Part shown: positions 14,354-24,603 of the stretch, piece after piece
Layout of the letters: each line of letters begins with the position of its first letter
Position numbering within the stretch: position 1 is the stretch's first letter
Source of the DNA: an uncultured Candidatus Saccharibacteria bacterium
GTDB taxonomy: Bacteria; Patescibacteriota; WWE3; UBA101185; UBA10185
Assembly: GCA_964643995.1 (NCBI GenBank)
Contig: CAZXUJ010000003.1
Span: 65,927-129,926, forward strand
Direction of reading: 5' to 3'
DNA length: 64,000 bases
Notes under the pieces: generated by a model
What the model was told of the DNA's origin: nothing
The model's database searches: none
The model's input: the letters and a program-made list of their open reading frames with translations, nothing else
Made by a program: the position numbers and the translations under genes

Positions 14354-14965
14354 TCACAAATTTTTAACTTGTGTAAAATCTAACTCAACAGGGGTCTCTC
14401 GTCCAAACACTGATACGAGAACTTTCAGCTTTCCTTGTTCCTCATTTACTTCTTCTACCTTACCTAAAAATTCTGCAAAAGGTCCCTCAGTGATCTTTAC
14501 TGAATCTCCAGTTGTGAACTTTGCCTCGAATTTAGGTTCATCCGATTTTAGGTATCTCACTAGTTCTTGTACTTCTTTCTCAGGTAATGGGGTAGGTGTT
14601 GATCCAGTACCAACAAATCCGGTAACTCCTCTAGTAGATCTAACCAAATGCCATGTTTCGTCACTCAAAATCATTTGAACTAAAACATAGCCGGGGAAAA
14701 GTCTTTCATCTACTTTTCTTTTTTTGCCCTCCGATACTACGATTTTCTGTTTTTGAGGGACTAAAATTTTAAAAAACTTATCAGCATATCCGATTGCATC
14801 TATACGTTGTTTCAAAACCGTGGCGACTTTATTCTCATGTCCTGAATAAGTGTGAACAACAAACCACTTTGCCATAGGGTTTGACTTGGTATTAATGATA
14901 ATAATACTTCCATCATTGATTCCGGTGTCTTTATTGGTTATGTCATTAAAATTATCTTCGCCCAT
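14354..14965 (-). CDS. nusG: Transcription termination/antitermination factor NusG
   Basis: KWFVVHTYSGHENKV NGN domain. KOW motif GxxVxVxxGPF. Confidence 0.9.
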   Translation of the reverse strand: MGEDNFNDITNKDTGINDGSIIIINTKSNPMAKWFVVHTYSGHENKVATVLKQRIDAIGYADKFFKILVPQKQKIVVSEGKKRKVDERLFPGYVLVQMILSDETWHLVRSTRGVTGFVGTGSTPTPLPEKEVQELVRYLKSDEPKFEAKFTTGDSVKITEGPFAEFLGKVEEVNEEQGKLKVLVSVFGRETPVELDFTQVKNL

Positions 14966-14983
14966 TGTCGTATTAAGAAAAAT

Positions 14984-15175
14984 TTATCCTAAATAAATAC
15001 TTAACAATTCTTTAAATATATAATCAATCCCTGCTACAAACAAGCCAACCAGTAAGCTAGCACTAATAACAAATCCAGTCAAGCGAATTGTTTCTTCTTT
15101 GCTTGGCCAGTCAACCTTTTTAAATTCTGCATATGATTCGCCAAAGAATTTTATCATGCCTAGGTATTTTACCAT
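14984..15175 (-). CDS. secE: Preprotein translocase subunit SecE
   Basis: 63 aa with a single C-terminal TM helix, immediately upstream of nusG. Confidence 0.8.
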   Translation of the reverse strand: MVKYLGMIKFFGESYAEFKKVDWPSKEETIRLTGFVISASLLVGLFVAGIDYIFKELLSIYLG

Positions 15176-15231
15176 CTTTAATTGGAAAAGATAGCTGTAA
15201 TGCCGTTCTCTACAGGTGATATACTATCCCT

Positions 15232-15864
15232 ATGTTATTGAACACTTTATTTCAAAATCCGCTACTTTTTCTTTTCATTGCTGGATCTTTGGTTATTTGT
15301 ATCTCTATTCATGAGTTTGCGCACGCCTACGTTGCCGATAAACTAGGGGATAGCACCCCCAGATTGTTGGGACGAGTAACCCTAAACCCAAGAGCGCACC
15401 TTGATCCAATCGGAACTCTACTATTGATAGTGGCAGGCTTTGGATGGGGGAAACCAGTCCCATTCAACCCTTATAACTTGAAACACCCCAAGCGTGATAG
15501 TGCCCTAATTGCTTTGGCCGGACCGGTATCTAACTTCATTTTAGCTGTGATCTTATCTCTTATGCTAAAAGGGCTGGTCTTTTACGCACCTTCGCAATTG
15601 CTTATGTCTTTCTTGCAGCCATTTCTCTTTCTGACGATTTTATATAATTTAGTCCTTGGTATATTTAATCTGATACCTATACATCCCCTAGACGGATTTC
15701 GTATCGTTAATGGTCTTTTGCCTGATGATTTATCTTATCAATGGTTGCAGATGGCCCCATATGGGATTTATATATTACTCTTGTTAATAATAACCAATAC
15801 AACTGACAAATTAATCAATCCTGTGATTGGTTTTGCAGCAAATTTACTTGGTCTCTCGTTTTGA
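15232..15864 (+). CDS. Site-2 protease family (M50-like) membrane zinc metalloprotease
   Basis: HEFAH zinc motif in the first TM helix. Multi-pass membrane protein. Confidence 0.75.
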   Translation: MLLNTLFQNPLLFLFIAGSLVICISIHEFAHAYVADKLGDSTPRLLGRVTLNPRAHLDPIGTLLLIVAGFGWGKPVPFNPYNLKHPKRDSALIALAGPVSNFILAVILSLMLKGLVFYAPSQLLMSFLQPFLFLTILYNLVLGIFNLIPIHPLDGFRIVNGLLPDDLSYQWLQMAPYGIYILLLLIITNTTDKLINPVIGFAANLLGLSF

Positions 15865-16180
15865 TACTTTTGCTACAATGAATACTCTTTCTGTGGCATT
15901 TATTCCTTTTAGAACAATATATAGCCTTGGTTGACAGAATGTTTGTAAGTAGTAACATGTAGACAGGTTTGATAGGTTCTATAAAAAGAATCTATAGCGC
16001 CTGATATGTTCGCTGAAACCGATTGACATACTGCTTTTCTGACCAATAAGTTTGGAAAGGGATCACTGAAATTGGGAAACATTGTTTTTCAAAGAAGTGA
16101 ACCCACTTTATTCCAACGGAAACAGTATCGGTGGGAATGGCATATCGGGTGGGTATCATTAATATTGGTTAAATATTTAT

Positions 16181-16213
16181 CTAAATCCGCATTTTAATGC
16201 GGATTTTTCTTTC
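16181..16213 (+). terminator. Rho-independent terminator hairpin (AAATCCGCA-loop-TGCGGATTT followed by TTTCTTTCTT)
   Basis: Perfect 9-bp stem followed by a T-run. Lies 320 nt downstream of the nearest plus-strand gene, so it may terminate an unannotated small RNA in 15865-16213. Confidence 0.55.
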
Positions 16214-16234
16214 TTAAGGTAAGATACTATATGT

Positions 16235-17050
16235 ATGGAACTGTTTCATGGTAACAAACATGCCTTTGAGTTAGATCGTCATATTGTGCATCACTTGTCA
16301 TTGATAGATCGTGATGCATTGGGTGTTCTAGCAATAATACAAATTGGTTCTAATCCTTCTTCCACTAAATACGTCAATTTAAAGCTAGCTTTGTGCTCAA
16401 AACTTGGTATTAAAGCCAATTCTTATCAGTTTTCAGACTCTATGCCTCACGAGGAGCTCTCCTCAGAAATAAGTAAAATTTGTTCTTCCCCAAATACCAG
16501 GAGTGTAATTATCCAATTACCTTTGCCCCAAGGTGTAGCTAAAGAAATTCTTGACCTTATACCTCTAGAAAAAGACGTCGACTCTCTGTCGGATAGTGCC
16601 CAGAAACGTTTTTACTCCGGTGAGTTCACTATGATCCCTCCCGTAGTTCGTGCCGTAAAGTATTTTCTCGAAGCCTGTAGAATGAATGTATCAGGACTTA
16701 CTGTAGATATTGTGGGAAAGGGTTTTCTAGTAGGTGCCCCCTTGGCATATTATCTTGAACACTGTGGCGCTACAGTTACGAGTTATGATGAGCATGACGA
16801 TGTTTCTGAAATAATTTTTAAATCTGATTTAGTAATATCTGCAACAGGTAGGTCAAAACTGCTGCAGGGTGGTAATTTTTACCATGGTACAAGTGTTATT
16901 GATTTTGGATCTTCTGTATTGGAAGGAAAGGTGGTGGGAGATATCAACTTGGATTCCGAAACTAGTCATTTAAAAATTCTTTCTCCATCTCCTGGTGGTT
17001 TAGGTCCATTGGTTGTTAGATTTCTTTTGATTAACCACCTTGGTTTTTAG
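16235..17050 (+). CDS. folD: Bifunctional methylenetetrahydrofolate dehydrogenase / methenyl-THF cyclohydrolase
   Basis: QLPLP motif, GKG..VG.PLA Rossmann segment, SPSPGGLGPLVV C-terminal motif. Confidence 0.9.
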   Translation: MELFHGNKHAFELDRHIVHHLSLIDRDALGVLAIIQIGSNPSSTKYVNLKLALCSKLGIKANSYQFSDSMPHEELSSEISKICSSPNTRSVIIQLPLPQGVAKEILDLIPLEKDVDSLSDSAQKRFYSGEFTMIPPVVRAVKYFLEACRMNVSGLTVDIVGKGFLVGAPLAYYLEHCGATVTSYDEHDDVSEIIFKSDLVISATGRSKLLQGGNFYHGTSVIDFGSSVLEGKVVGDINLDSETSHLKILSPSPGGLGPLVVRFLLINHLGF

Positions 17051-17317
17051 AAATGTAATATTTATTGCTTTCCTATACTGTCATATAGTATCACTATAAA
17101 GTCCACCCATAGCTAACCTATAATTATGGCTTGTGTGATATACTCCTCGAAAACCGAAATTAATATTGCTTAATTTTTTCCTTGCACTGGTATAATATGC
17201 TTTGTTGCAGGTTTAAACTATTAAGTTTAATTAGTAATAGAAGGAAGACCTATATCATTCAAATTTATTGTTATTTTTGAAATTATCTTCCTTGAATCTG
17301 CCCCCCAATGGGTTAAT

Positions 17318-18550
17318 ATGGTCGAATCTTTGTTAAATGAAGTTTATAAGTATGTTGTTCTGTCTACTTTTGTAGTCAGTCAATTCTTTGGAACATTTAT
17401 GTCTGCAGATAAAACTACATCAACAGAGCTGTATGTCGAAAAATATCCTGAAGTGGTTTTGCAAAGTTTATGGTTGGAGTATAGAGATCGTTTTATACAA
17501 AAAGACGGACGTACTGTAGATCGTACCCGTAACTATATAACAACTTCAGAAGGGCAATCCTATTCGTTGTTGCGATCGGTATGGGTTGATGACAAGATAA
17601 CATTCGACCAAAGTCTGAAATGGACAATAAATAATTTACGTAAGAGAGGTGATGACAAACTTTTCGCTTGGAAATGGGGACAGGACAGTCATGGTAAATG
17701 GGATGTACTTGTTGATGAGGGAGGTATCAACACTGCTACCGATTCCGATCAAGATATAGCTTTGGCTCTGATATTTGCATCTAAGCGCTGGAACAATGAA
17801 GATTACCTCAAGCTCGCGCGCGTGATTCTAGACGATATGTGGCGTGTAGAGGTTGAGGAGATTAATGGGCGCCCTTATTTATTGGCAGGGAACTGGTCCA
17901 AGGACGCTCCAGAGCCAACCGTTAATCCATCTTATTACTCTTTTGCAGCATATCCTATATTTGCTGAGGTTGATCCAACTAAAGACTGGATGGGTTTAAA
18001 AGATACTTCATATGAGGTTTTGAACTCGGCAACTTCTGCATCTCTAGGTGTTGAAAACAATATTTTATTGCCTCCAGACTGGGTGGGCCTAGATCCTACG
18101 ACCGCTGAGGTTAAGCTTCCACTTAATGCCGATAAAGACACTAGTTTTTCGGACGATGCTATCAGAATACCTTGGCGAGTAGCTTTGGATTATATGTGGC
18201 ATAAGGACCCTAGGGCTTTGGAATATTTGCAAAAACTGGAATTCCTTTCTAAAGAGTGGGATTCTCGCGGGAAGCTTTTTAGTGGCTATAACCGTGATGG
18301 CTCCCCTAAAACTGATTACGAAAGTGTCAGTACCTATGGTGGTAGTTTAGGTTATTTTCTGCTGGTTGATCCAGAAAATGCTCATGAAATTTTTAATCAA
18401 AAACTTGTTTCAACCTACAACTCAGATACTGAAACACTTCATAACTTCGATGAATTAGCTTATTACGAACAGAATTGGTTATGGTTCGGTATTGCCTTGT
18501 ATCATCATGAATTACCAAATTTGTATTCCGAAATTAAAGGAGAAGAATAA
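17318..18550 (+). CDS. Glycoside hydrolase family 8 endoglucanase (BcsZ-like)
   Basis: GH8 signature ATDSDQDIALALIFASKRW. TSEGQSYSLL. N-terminal hydrophobic anchor. Confidence 0.85.
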   Translation: MVESLLNEVYKYVVLSTFVVSQFFGTFMSADKTTSTELYVEKYPEVVLQSLWLEYRDRFIQKDGRTVDRTRNYITTSEGQSYSLLRSVWVDDKITFDQSLKWTINNLRKRGDDKLFAWKWGQDSHGKWDVLVDEGGINTATDSDQDIALALIFASKRWNNEDYLKLARVILDDMWRVEVEEINGRPYLLAGNWSKDAPEPTVNPSYYSFAAYPIFAEVDPTKDWMGLKDTSYEVLNSATSASLGVENNILLPPDWVGLDPTTAEVKLPLNADKDTSFSDDAIRIPWRVALDYMWHKDPRALEYLQKLEFLSKEWDSRGKLFSGYNRDGSPKTDYESVSTYGGSLGYFLLVDPENAHEIFNQKLVSTYNSDTETLHNFDELAYYEQNWLWFGIALYHHELPNLYSEIKGEE

Positions 18551-18551
18551 T

Positions 18552-20183
18552 ATGTTCCATAAAACGTCTCATGAAATAATATCCCAACGTACTACCGTTT
18601 CTAGAGTGGTATTGGTTGCTTTCAGTTTAATATCTTTAGTCTATCTAGGCTGGTGGTTTGATTTTAGTAATTCGGGAAACATATTTTTGTACTCGATATT
18701 AGTTCTAGGAGAGATTTATCATGTCTGGCAGGCTTTAGGTTATATATATACTATTTGGGATCAGCAAGAGGTGAAATCGCCGGAATTAACTGAATTTCCA
18801 CGAGTTGATGTTTTTATAACTGTTGTAAATGAACCTATGAACATAATGCGTCGCACTATTGAGGCTGCTATAGCTATGGATTACCCCAATTTTAGAGTAT
18901 TAATATTAAACGATGGTTATGTTGGTGGTGCCAAACACTGGAAAGAAATCGCCGACTTAGCAAAAGAATACGACATTGACGTTATAACTCGTCGTGTGCC
19001 TGGTGGCTTCAAAGCAGGCAATGTCAATAATGGTTTGTCACTGACCGAAGCACCTCTTTTTGCATTATTTGATGCAGACCATGTTCCGCATAAAGATTTC
19101 TTAAAGAAGACTGTTGGTTTCTTTACTGATCCTAAAATGGCGATTATTCAAACTCCGCAATACTATGAAAATAAAGACGATAGCTTTTTAACCACTGCTG
19201 CTTGGGAACAGCAAGAGTTATTCTTTGGACCTATTTGTAGAGGTAAAAATCGTATGAACGCCACCTTTTGGTGTGGCACTAATGCTGTGATAAGACGTGA
19301 AGCACTGGCGCAGGTTGGGGGAGTACCGGAGAATAATATTGCCGAGGATTTTATAGCTTCAATGTTTATTCATGAAAAAGGTTGGAAGACATTGTTTTTA
19401 CCCGAAATATTAGCCCAGGGTTTAGCTCCGCATAACCTACAGGAATACGCGAAACAACAATTTCGTTGGGCACGTGGCTCCCTTGAAATTATCTTTAAGT
19501 ACAACCCGCTTTTCAGAAGAGGCCTCACTTTTGCCCAGAAAATGCAATACTTGTACTCCGCAGGATATTACTTGAACGGTTTAGTAGTTCTTCTAGATGC
19601 TTTAATTCCTGTTGTAGTTCTGATGACTGGATTGAAGCCTGTCAATGAAACATCAACTAATTTCATAGCATTTTTCTTTCCATTTATGTTCCTGACTATG
19701 TACATATTAATGGCGTCAACCGACCATACTGTTACATTTAGAGCATTGCAGTTATCCATTAGCTCGTTTTATGTGTTTATAAAGGCAATGTTTTCAACAA
19801 TTTTTGGTATAAAGGTTAAATTTGAGGTTACCTCTAAGGAGGCCCGCTCAGGCAACTTTATCAAACTTGCCATGCCTCACTTCACATATATTGCTATTTC
19901 AATTGTAGCTATAGTTGTTGGCATATTACGAGAAGGACTGATACCATCAGTTATAACCAATATCTCTTGGATAATATTCAATATAGTCTTTTTCTCTGGT
20001 TTTATTAAGGTCGCTTACCCATGGAAGGAAACCTTCCTTTTTAATGTTAGTCACCTCAAAAATGTTATTGTCTCAGAAATTGTTGCGAAGGCCAAGGTTC
20101 CCTTTATACGTGAGTCTGCATACGTTTTTGCAGAGGAGAAAATTGAGGTGAAAAATGACACCACTAGAGCTGAGCAGAAGTAA
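18552..20183 (+). CDS. Processive family-2 glycosyltransferase, cellulose-synthase-like (BcsA-like without a PilZ domain)
   Basis: DAD...DxD. IAEDF (TED-like). QQFRWARG (QxxRW). TM helices at both ends. Strong RBS AAAGGAGAAG before the ATG at 18552. The track start at 18492 overlaps the GH8 gene. Confidence 0.85.
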   Translation: MFHKTSHEIISQRTTVSRVVLVAFSLISLVYLGWWFDFSNSGNIFLYSILVLGEIYHVWQALGYIYTIWDQQEVKSPELTEFPRVDVFITVVNEPMNIMRRTIEAAIAMDYPNFRVLILNDGYVGGAKHWKEIADLAKEYDIDVITRRVPGGFKAGNVNNGLSLTEAPLFALFDADHVPHKDFLKKTVGFFTDPKMAIIQTPQYYENKDDSFLTTAAWEQQELFFGPICRGKNRMNATFWCGTNAVIRREALAQVGGVPENNIAEDFIASMFIHEKGWKTLFLPEILAQGLAPHNLQEYAKQQFRWARGSLEIIFKYNPLFRRGLTFAQKMQYLYSAGYYLNGLVVLLDALIPVVVLMTGLKPVNETSTNFIAFFFPFMFLTMYILMASTDHTVTFRALQLSISSFYVFIKAMFSTIFGIKVKFEVTSKEARSGNFIKLAMPHFTYIAISIVAIVVGILREGLIPSVITNISWIIFNIVFFSGFIKVAYPWKETFLFNVSHLKNVIVSEIVAKAKVPFIRESAYVFAEEKIEVKNDTTRAEQK

Positions 20184-21654
20184 CAAAATTGCTAACAGAA
20201 TAATTGTTTTCGCCTTGATTGTTGTTGGATGTTTAGTCAGATTATGGAACTTGGATAAAGAAGGTCTTCGTTTGGATGAGTCCCAAAGTGTTTGGCAGGC
20301 AATGCACTCTATGGAGTTTATAGGCAAGTACATGGTAAAGAATGTACATTTACCTCTGCACAATACCTTGTTGCACTTTTGGATTCAGTTTTTCGGGTCA
20401 TCTGAGATAGCTGTTAGAATTCTTGCAGTTATACCTGGTGGTTTATCTTTAATAGCCTTTTATTACTTAGCCAAGGAATATTTTGAGGATTTCGCTAAAC
20501 TAAAATTTGCGCTATTTTTGGCCGTTGTATCACCATTTTGGGTTTGGTTTAGTAGAGAAATACGTATGTATTCCTTGCTTGCCTTGTTGTCCACTTTGTC
20601 ATATCTATTTTTTATCAGAATATTGAAATATGACAACAAACGAAATTATTTTTTTTACTTTCTAGTAAATTTAGTAGGTTTGTATACACATTATTATTTT
20701 TCGCTAGTTTTATTAGTTAAAGTTGTTTTCTTTTTCATGTCTATAAAAAGCACATATTTTGGGGTATCTAACAAGGCAAAAGTGTTGTTGAAGTTAGGTA
20801 TTGTAGCTACAACTTTAGTGGCCTTACTATCTCCATGGGTTTATTTTTTGTTAAGTTCCCATGGCTCAGGTAGTTTGGCTCCTGAGTTGGGTAATCCCAA
20901 TGCTTTTGATATGTTTGTTTCCTACTTTAATTTCATCTTTGGTTTCCAACAGGAAGTTGTTTCGTCTGTAATATTAGGTCTCTGGCCAATAGTTTTTTTG
21001 ATGGGTTTTGTATTTCTCACCAAGCGCCATAATCCCTTTAATCCTTTGGTAATGCTGTCGGTTTTAGGTACATTTTTGCCAGTAGCCTTAATACTGTTTA
21101 TAAGTATTTATTTCAAACCAATCTATTTAACGCGTTACTTAACCCCTGTGACACCGATGTTATATATTTTAATTGTTTGGGCCGTTTATGAGTTGAAGGG
21201 CCGTTTCCGTAATCTGGTTGTGTTAGTATTTGGCATTGGCATGGTTATTGCGCTTTACTTGCAGCTAAATGATAATCGTAGTCCCATACGTGAAGATTAT
21301 CGTACTGCGGTAGAGTTCATAAATACAGAGACAACATACCGTGACATTGTTCTTATAGCGCCTCCATACAACATATATCCTTTCTATTATTATTACGAAG
21401 GCAAGGCTACAGTCCAGACGTTGCCAAAGTGGGACAAAAGAGACGGAGCAATACCTAGCATATCAACTGAATTAATTGCTAATGATATTGAATCTGCTCG
21501 TGTTGGCCATCAGAAAATGTATTTGTTAATTTCTGAAAATTTGGCGCATACGGTAGAGTTCAAAGAATACATGAACAACAACTTCACAAAAATTTATAAA
21601 AAGGAATTTTCAAAGGATCTCTGGCTTCATGTATACCAGGCAGAGTATGAATAG
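20155..21654 (+). CDS. GT-C fold membrane glycosyltransferase (ArnT/PMT family 39/83-like)
   Basis: About 12 TM helices. DE motif in the first extracytoplasmic loop (GLRLDESQSVW). RBS GAGGTG. Confidence 0.75.
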   Translation: MTPLELSRSNKIANRIIVFALIVVGCLVRLWNLDKEGLRLDESQSVWQAMHSMEFIGKYMVKNVHLPLHNTLLHFWIQFFGSSEIAVRILAVIPGGLSLIAFYYLAKEYFEDFAKLKFALFLAVVSPFWVWFSREIRMYSLLALLSTLSYLFFIRILKYDNKRNYFFYFLVNLVGLYTHYYFSLVLLVKVVFFFMSIKSTYFGVSNKAKVLLKLGIVATTLVALLSPWVYFLLSSHGSGSLAPELGNPNAFDMFVSYFNFIFGFQQEVVSSVILGLWPIVFLMGFVFLTKRHNPFNPLVMLSVLGTFLPVALILFISIYFKPIYLTRYLTPVTPMLYILIVWAVYELKGRFRNLVVLVFGIGMVIALYLQLNDNRSPIREDYRTAVEFINTETTYRDIVLIAPPYNIYPFYYYYEGKATVQTLPKWDKRDGAIPSISTELIANDIESARVGHQKMYLLISENLAHTVEFKEYMNNNFTKIYKKEFSKDLWLHVYQAEYE

Positions 21655-21659
21655 CTAAA

Positions 21660-23738
21660 CTAATGTTTCACGAAAACAATAAGTTTCTCAGTATCTATTG
21701 TCTTTCCCTCTAGATCTTGTGCCACTACTTCAACATTGTATGGTCCCGAGCCATTCCAGGACCACTGATCAAATTCAATCTTAGCTTGTTTGATATCATC
21801 GCTCTTAGAATCCTCAAGATCAATTTTTCTACCATCTACCATAATGTAGGCTGTGTAGTTTGATCTAGCCAGTCCAGGAATATATGCTTTTAATTTTTTT
21901 TCTCCAGATATTATTGCACCACTTTGTGGTTCTTCCACTACCAGCTTAATCTCTGATATCTCTAGAGGCTTTGTGTTTGTAGCCTCTGTCACTTCGACGT
22001 TATTATTATCACTCATATCAATTGAATCTTCAGGTATAGTAATGGTTTCCTCATTTGTTATGTTTGTATCAATGGCACCTTCAACCTGTGGGCTATTAAC
22101 GCCAGTTATGAAAACTATGTAGTTGCTTTTCGCACCAGCGCTACCATTAAAGTTTCCCCCAAGCTCAACTAGCCCTTTTGTGAAATCCTTTTTGTATAGT
22201 ACGAAATTAGTGTCATTTGTCATAATTTGTTCGTTAAGCCTTTCCCAATCACGTAACCACTCTGGTAATCTCGTAGCTCTATAGTCGTATCCTACATATA
22301 CTGAACTTTCTTCTGTTATTGCAAAAGATAAATGATTGTCAAGGAAAGCCAGTTTATGATTGTTTGCAGTAACTATCTCTGCCTCGTTTAGTATTACTTT
22401 TGGTAATTCTTTGATGATATAGTCCCGATCATAAAAAATCTTTTGTCCTACTTTTGCATATGTTAGGTAATAGTTGCTTGGCGATTTAATCTCGATACCG
22501 CTAATATTAACTGAAGGTTGTTCTGCATCGATTTCAACTCCGTTTTCGATATTAATTACTGGAGGAACTTGTTCTATGATATTTTCCACTTCTTGAACTA
22601 TTACCTCCGGTGAAACATCGTTGCTGCCTTCTACCAAACCTTGAATAAAGTTCCTTATTAGAACTTGTAGCGCCGGTTTGTTTTGAGGAGTGTAATCGTC
22701 GTCTTTTTCACCTCCTGGGTTGTCTCCCAAATTCCAGTCCCACATATGGACACCGTTCATATATGACTTTTTTTCCCAATAAGTGAAAAGAGCATTGTAA
22801 AGGTCTACTTGTTCTTGTAGATCAACCTCTGCCTTTACCTTATAATCACCAGGTTCTTCAGCTGCACCATCCATACTTCTATAGCCAATTTCTGTAAATA
22901 CAATTGGCTTTTTATACTTGTTATAAAGAGGCTCTACAAAATTTTTATCTATTACCTTCCAGTTGTTTTGAAGACTCTCCGCTGTATATTTGTCATCCTC
23001 TGACAATGGATAGTACATAGATAAACCTATTACATCCAGCGCATCCCAAAAAGGGAGAGTAGTCTCATCGAAATTCGTGGCACTAGCATTAGCATTAAAG
23101 GTCAATGTGCCACTATATACTTTCCTAGTCTCCGTGATTATATCTCGCCAATATGGTTCGTTGGTTTTGTTAGTGCTTAATGCAAATAGTTCTGATCCAA
23201 GAGAGAACTGTTCAACTTTATAACTTTGTGACAGTTTGGCGTAATGTAGAATCATACTTTTGTAGTTTTTGAAAAAGGTAGCCTTATCAGTTGGATTCAT
23301 TTTCGCACGCCATTCTCCAGTTTTAGGATCAATGTGTGGCTTTATAAAGACTTTTAGACCAATAGAATGTGCACGATTTATAGTGTATATGAGTAGTTCG
23401 TCAGCCGGTGTACGCTCTTTTCTGTCTACGTTTGAGGTAGTCAATGTATCGGTGTGCCATCCCGGGGTTATAGTTACGTAATTAGCACCTGTAGCCTTTA
23501 TATCTTCAAGAGATTTATTAACCTGTCCAATTTCTTGGTTTACAAGTCTCAGGGTAATACCTTTTTGATCCCATTGTACCGCGGCAGTAACAAAGCGGGG
23601 AGTAGTAAGGGCAAAAAGTGTCAGTACTATTAATGCTGTAAATACAGACGTTAATTTTTTAGACACTAAATGATTATAATGTGTATAAAAATTTATGCAA
23701 CTACAAGTCATACATAATATGACAAAAATACGATACAA
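21660..23738 (-). CDS. Secreted clan GH-A glycoside hydrolase (GH5/GH113-like) with C-terminal Ig-like domains. The start may be the internal ATG at 23711 or the GTG at 23666.
   Basis: NEP acid/base motif (NKTNEPYW) and FTEIGY nucleophile motif. Signal-peptide-like N-terminus. Convergent with the GT-C gene. Confidence 0.75.
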   Translation of the reverse strand: MYRIFVILCMTCSCINFYTHYNHLVSKKLTSVFTALIVLTLFALTTPRFVTAAVQWDQKGITLRLVNQEIGQVNKSLEDIKATGANYVTITPGWHTDTLTTSNVDRKERTPADELLIYTINRAHSIGLKVFIKPHIDPKTGEWRAKMNPTDKATFFKNYKSMILHYAKLSQSYKVEQFSLGSELFALSTNKTNEPYWRDIITETRKVYSGTLTFNANASATNFDETTLPFWDALDVIGLSMYYPLSEDDKYTAESLQNNWKVIDKNFVEPLYNKYKKPIVFTEIGYRSMDGAAEEPGDYKVKAEVDLQEQVDLYNALFTYWEKKSYMNGVHMWDWNLGDNPGGEKDDDYTPQNKPALQVLIRNFIQGLVEGSNDVSPEVIVQEVENIIEQVPPVINIENGVEIDAEQPSVNISGIEIKSPSNYYLTYAKVGQKIFYDRDYIIKELPKVILNEAEIVTANNHKLAFLDNHLSFAITEESSVYVGYDYRATRLPEWLRDWERLNEQIMTNDTNFVLYKKDFTKGLVELGGNFNGSAGAKSNYIVFITGVNSPQVEGAIDTNITNEETITIPEDSIDMSDNNNVEVTEATNTKPLEISEIKLVVEEPQSGAIISGEKKLKAYIPGLARSNYTAYIMVDGRKIDLEDSKSDDIKQAKIEFDQWSWNGSGPYNVEVVAQDLEGKTIDTEKLIVFVKH

Positions 23739-23753
23739 TAATTCAAATACGTT

Positions 23754-24593
23754 ATGTTTTTAACTCGAAGTCAAAAAGCTTTTGATAACCTTGAAAGAAA
23801 ACTCGAACTACCTATGCTTTTTGCGACCTTGTTATTGCTAGGTTTGATCATACTTAGAAACAGCTTTTTATTAGACCCTTCTGTTCTGCTAATTTTCGAT
23901 ATAGCTGAACTTAGTCTATGGTTACTATTTTTTGTTGAGCTTATTACTATGACAATGCTTTCTCAGGATCGCTTTCTCTATTTAAAGACTCACTGGTACA
24001 ATATTTTTACGGTCCTATTGCCGCTTTTGCGTATAGCCGCCCTTGATCAAAGTGCGGCGCTGTTTTATCTTATAGGCCCTCTCTCATACTTCTATAATGT
24101 TATTTTTATATTATTTGGTGCTGATACTTTGTTTGTACGCATTATCCCTTTAATTTTTAGAGGTCTCGCTACTATGAAAGTGCTTTTCCGAAGGCATAGG
24201 CTTGATTACATTATTTATGTTATTTTCATAGTCGTAGTGTTTTTGGGTCCTCTCGCTGCAGTGTTTGAACGTAACAATCCTGATGCTAACTTGAGAACTG
24301 TCACCGATGGCATCTGGTGGGCATTTATTAGTATGTCGACTGTTGGCTACGGGGATTTTTTCCCAGTTACATTGCAAGGTAGACTAATAGGTCTTGTAGT
24401 CATAGTTCTTGGTGTTACCTTATTCTCTCTTCTTACGGCACATGTTTCCTCAATTATGGTAGAGGACAGTGAAAATGCTGAACGTGCCGACATTAGACAG
24501 CATTTAGATGCCATTGAGCATACTCTTGAGCATTTAGAAGAAGAGATTGAGGAAGAGCACCACCCCAAATATCGTAAACATCCCAAAAGTTAA
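23754..24593 (+). CDS. Potassium channel protein (TVGYGD selectivity filter) with an S4-like arginine-rich helix
   Basis: MSTVGYGDFFPVT pore motif. RIIPLIFRGLATMKVLFRRHR segment. Confidence 0.85.
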   Translation: MFLTRSQKAFDNLERKLELPMLFATLLLLGLIILRNSFLLDPSVLLIFDIAELSLWLLFFVELITMTMLSQDRFLYLKTHWYNIFTVLLPLLRIAALDQSAALFYLIGPLSYFYNVIFILFGADTLFVRIIPLIFRGLATMKVLFRRHRLDYIIYVIFIVVVFLGPLAAVFERNNPDANLRTVTDGIWWAFISMSTVGYGDFFPVTLQGRLIGLVVIVLGVTLFSLLTAHVSSIMVEDSENAERADIRQHLDAIEHTLEHLEEEIEEEHHPKYRKHPKS

Positions 24594-24603
24594 CGTCTCC
24601 TTT

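Noticed and set aside
17935-18141. 68-aa minus-strand ORF inside the GH8 gene
   Set aside because: Antisense to a CDS carrying a family signature motif.
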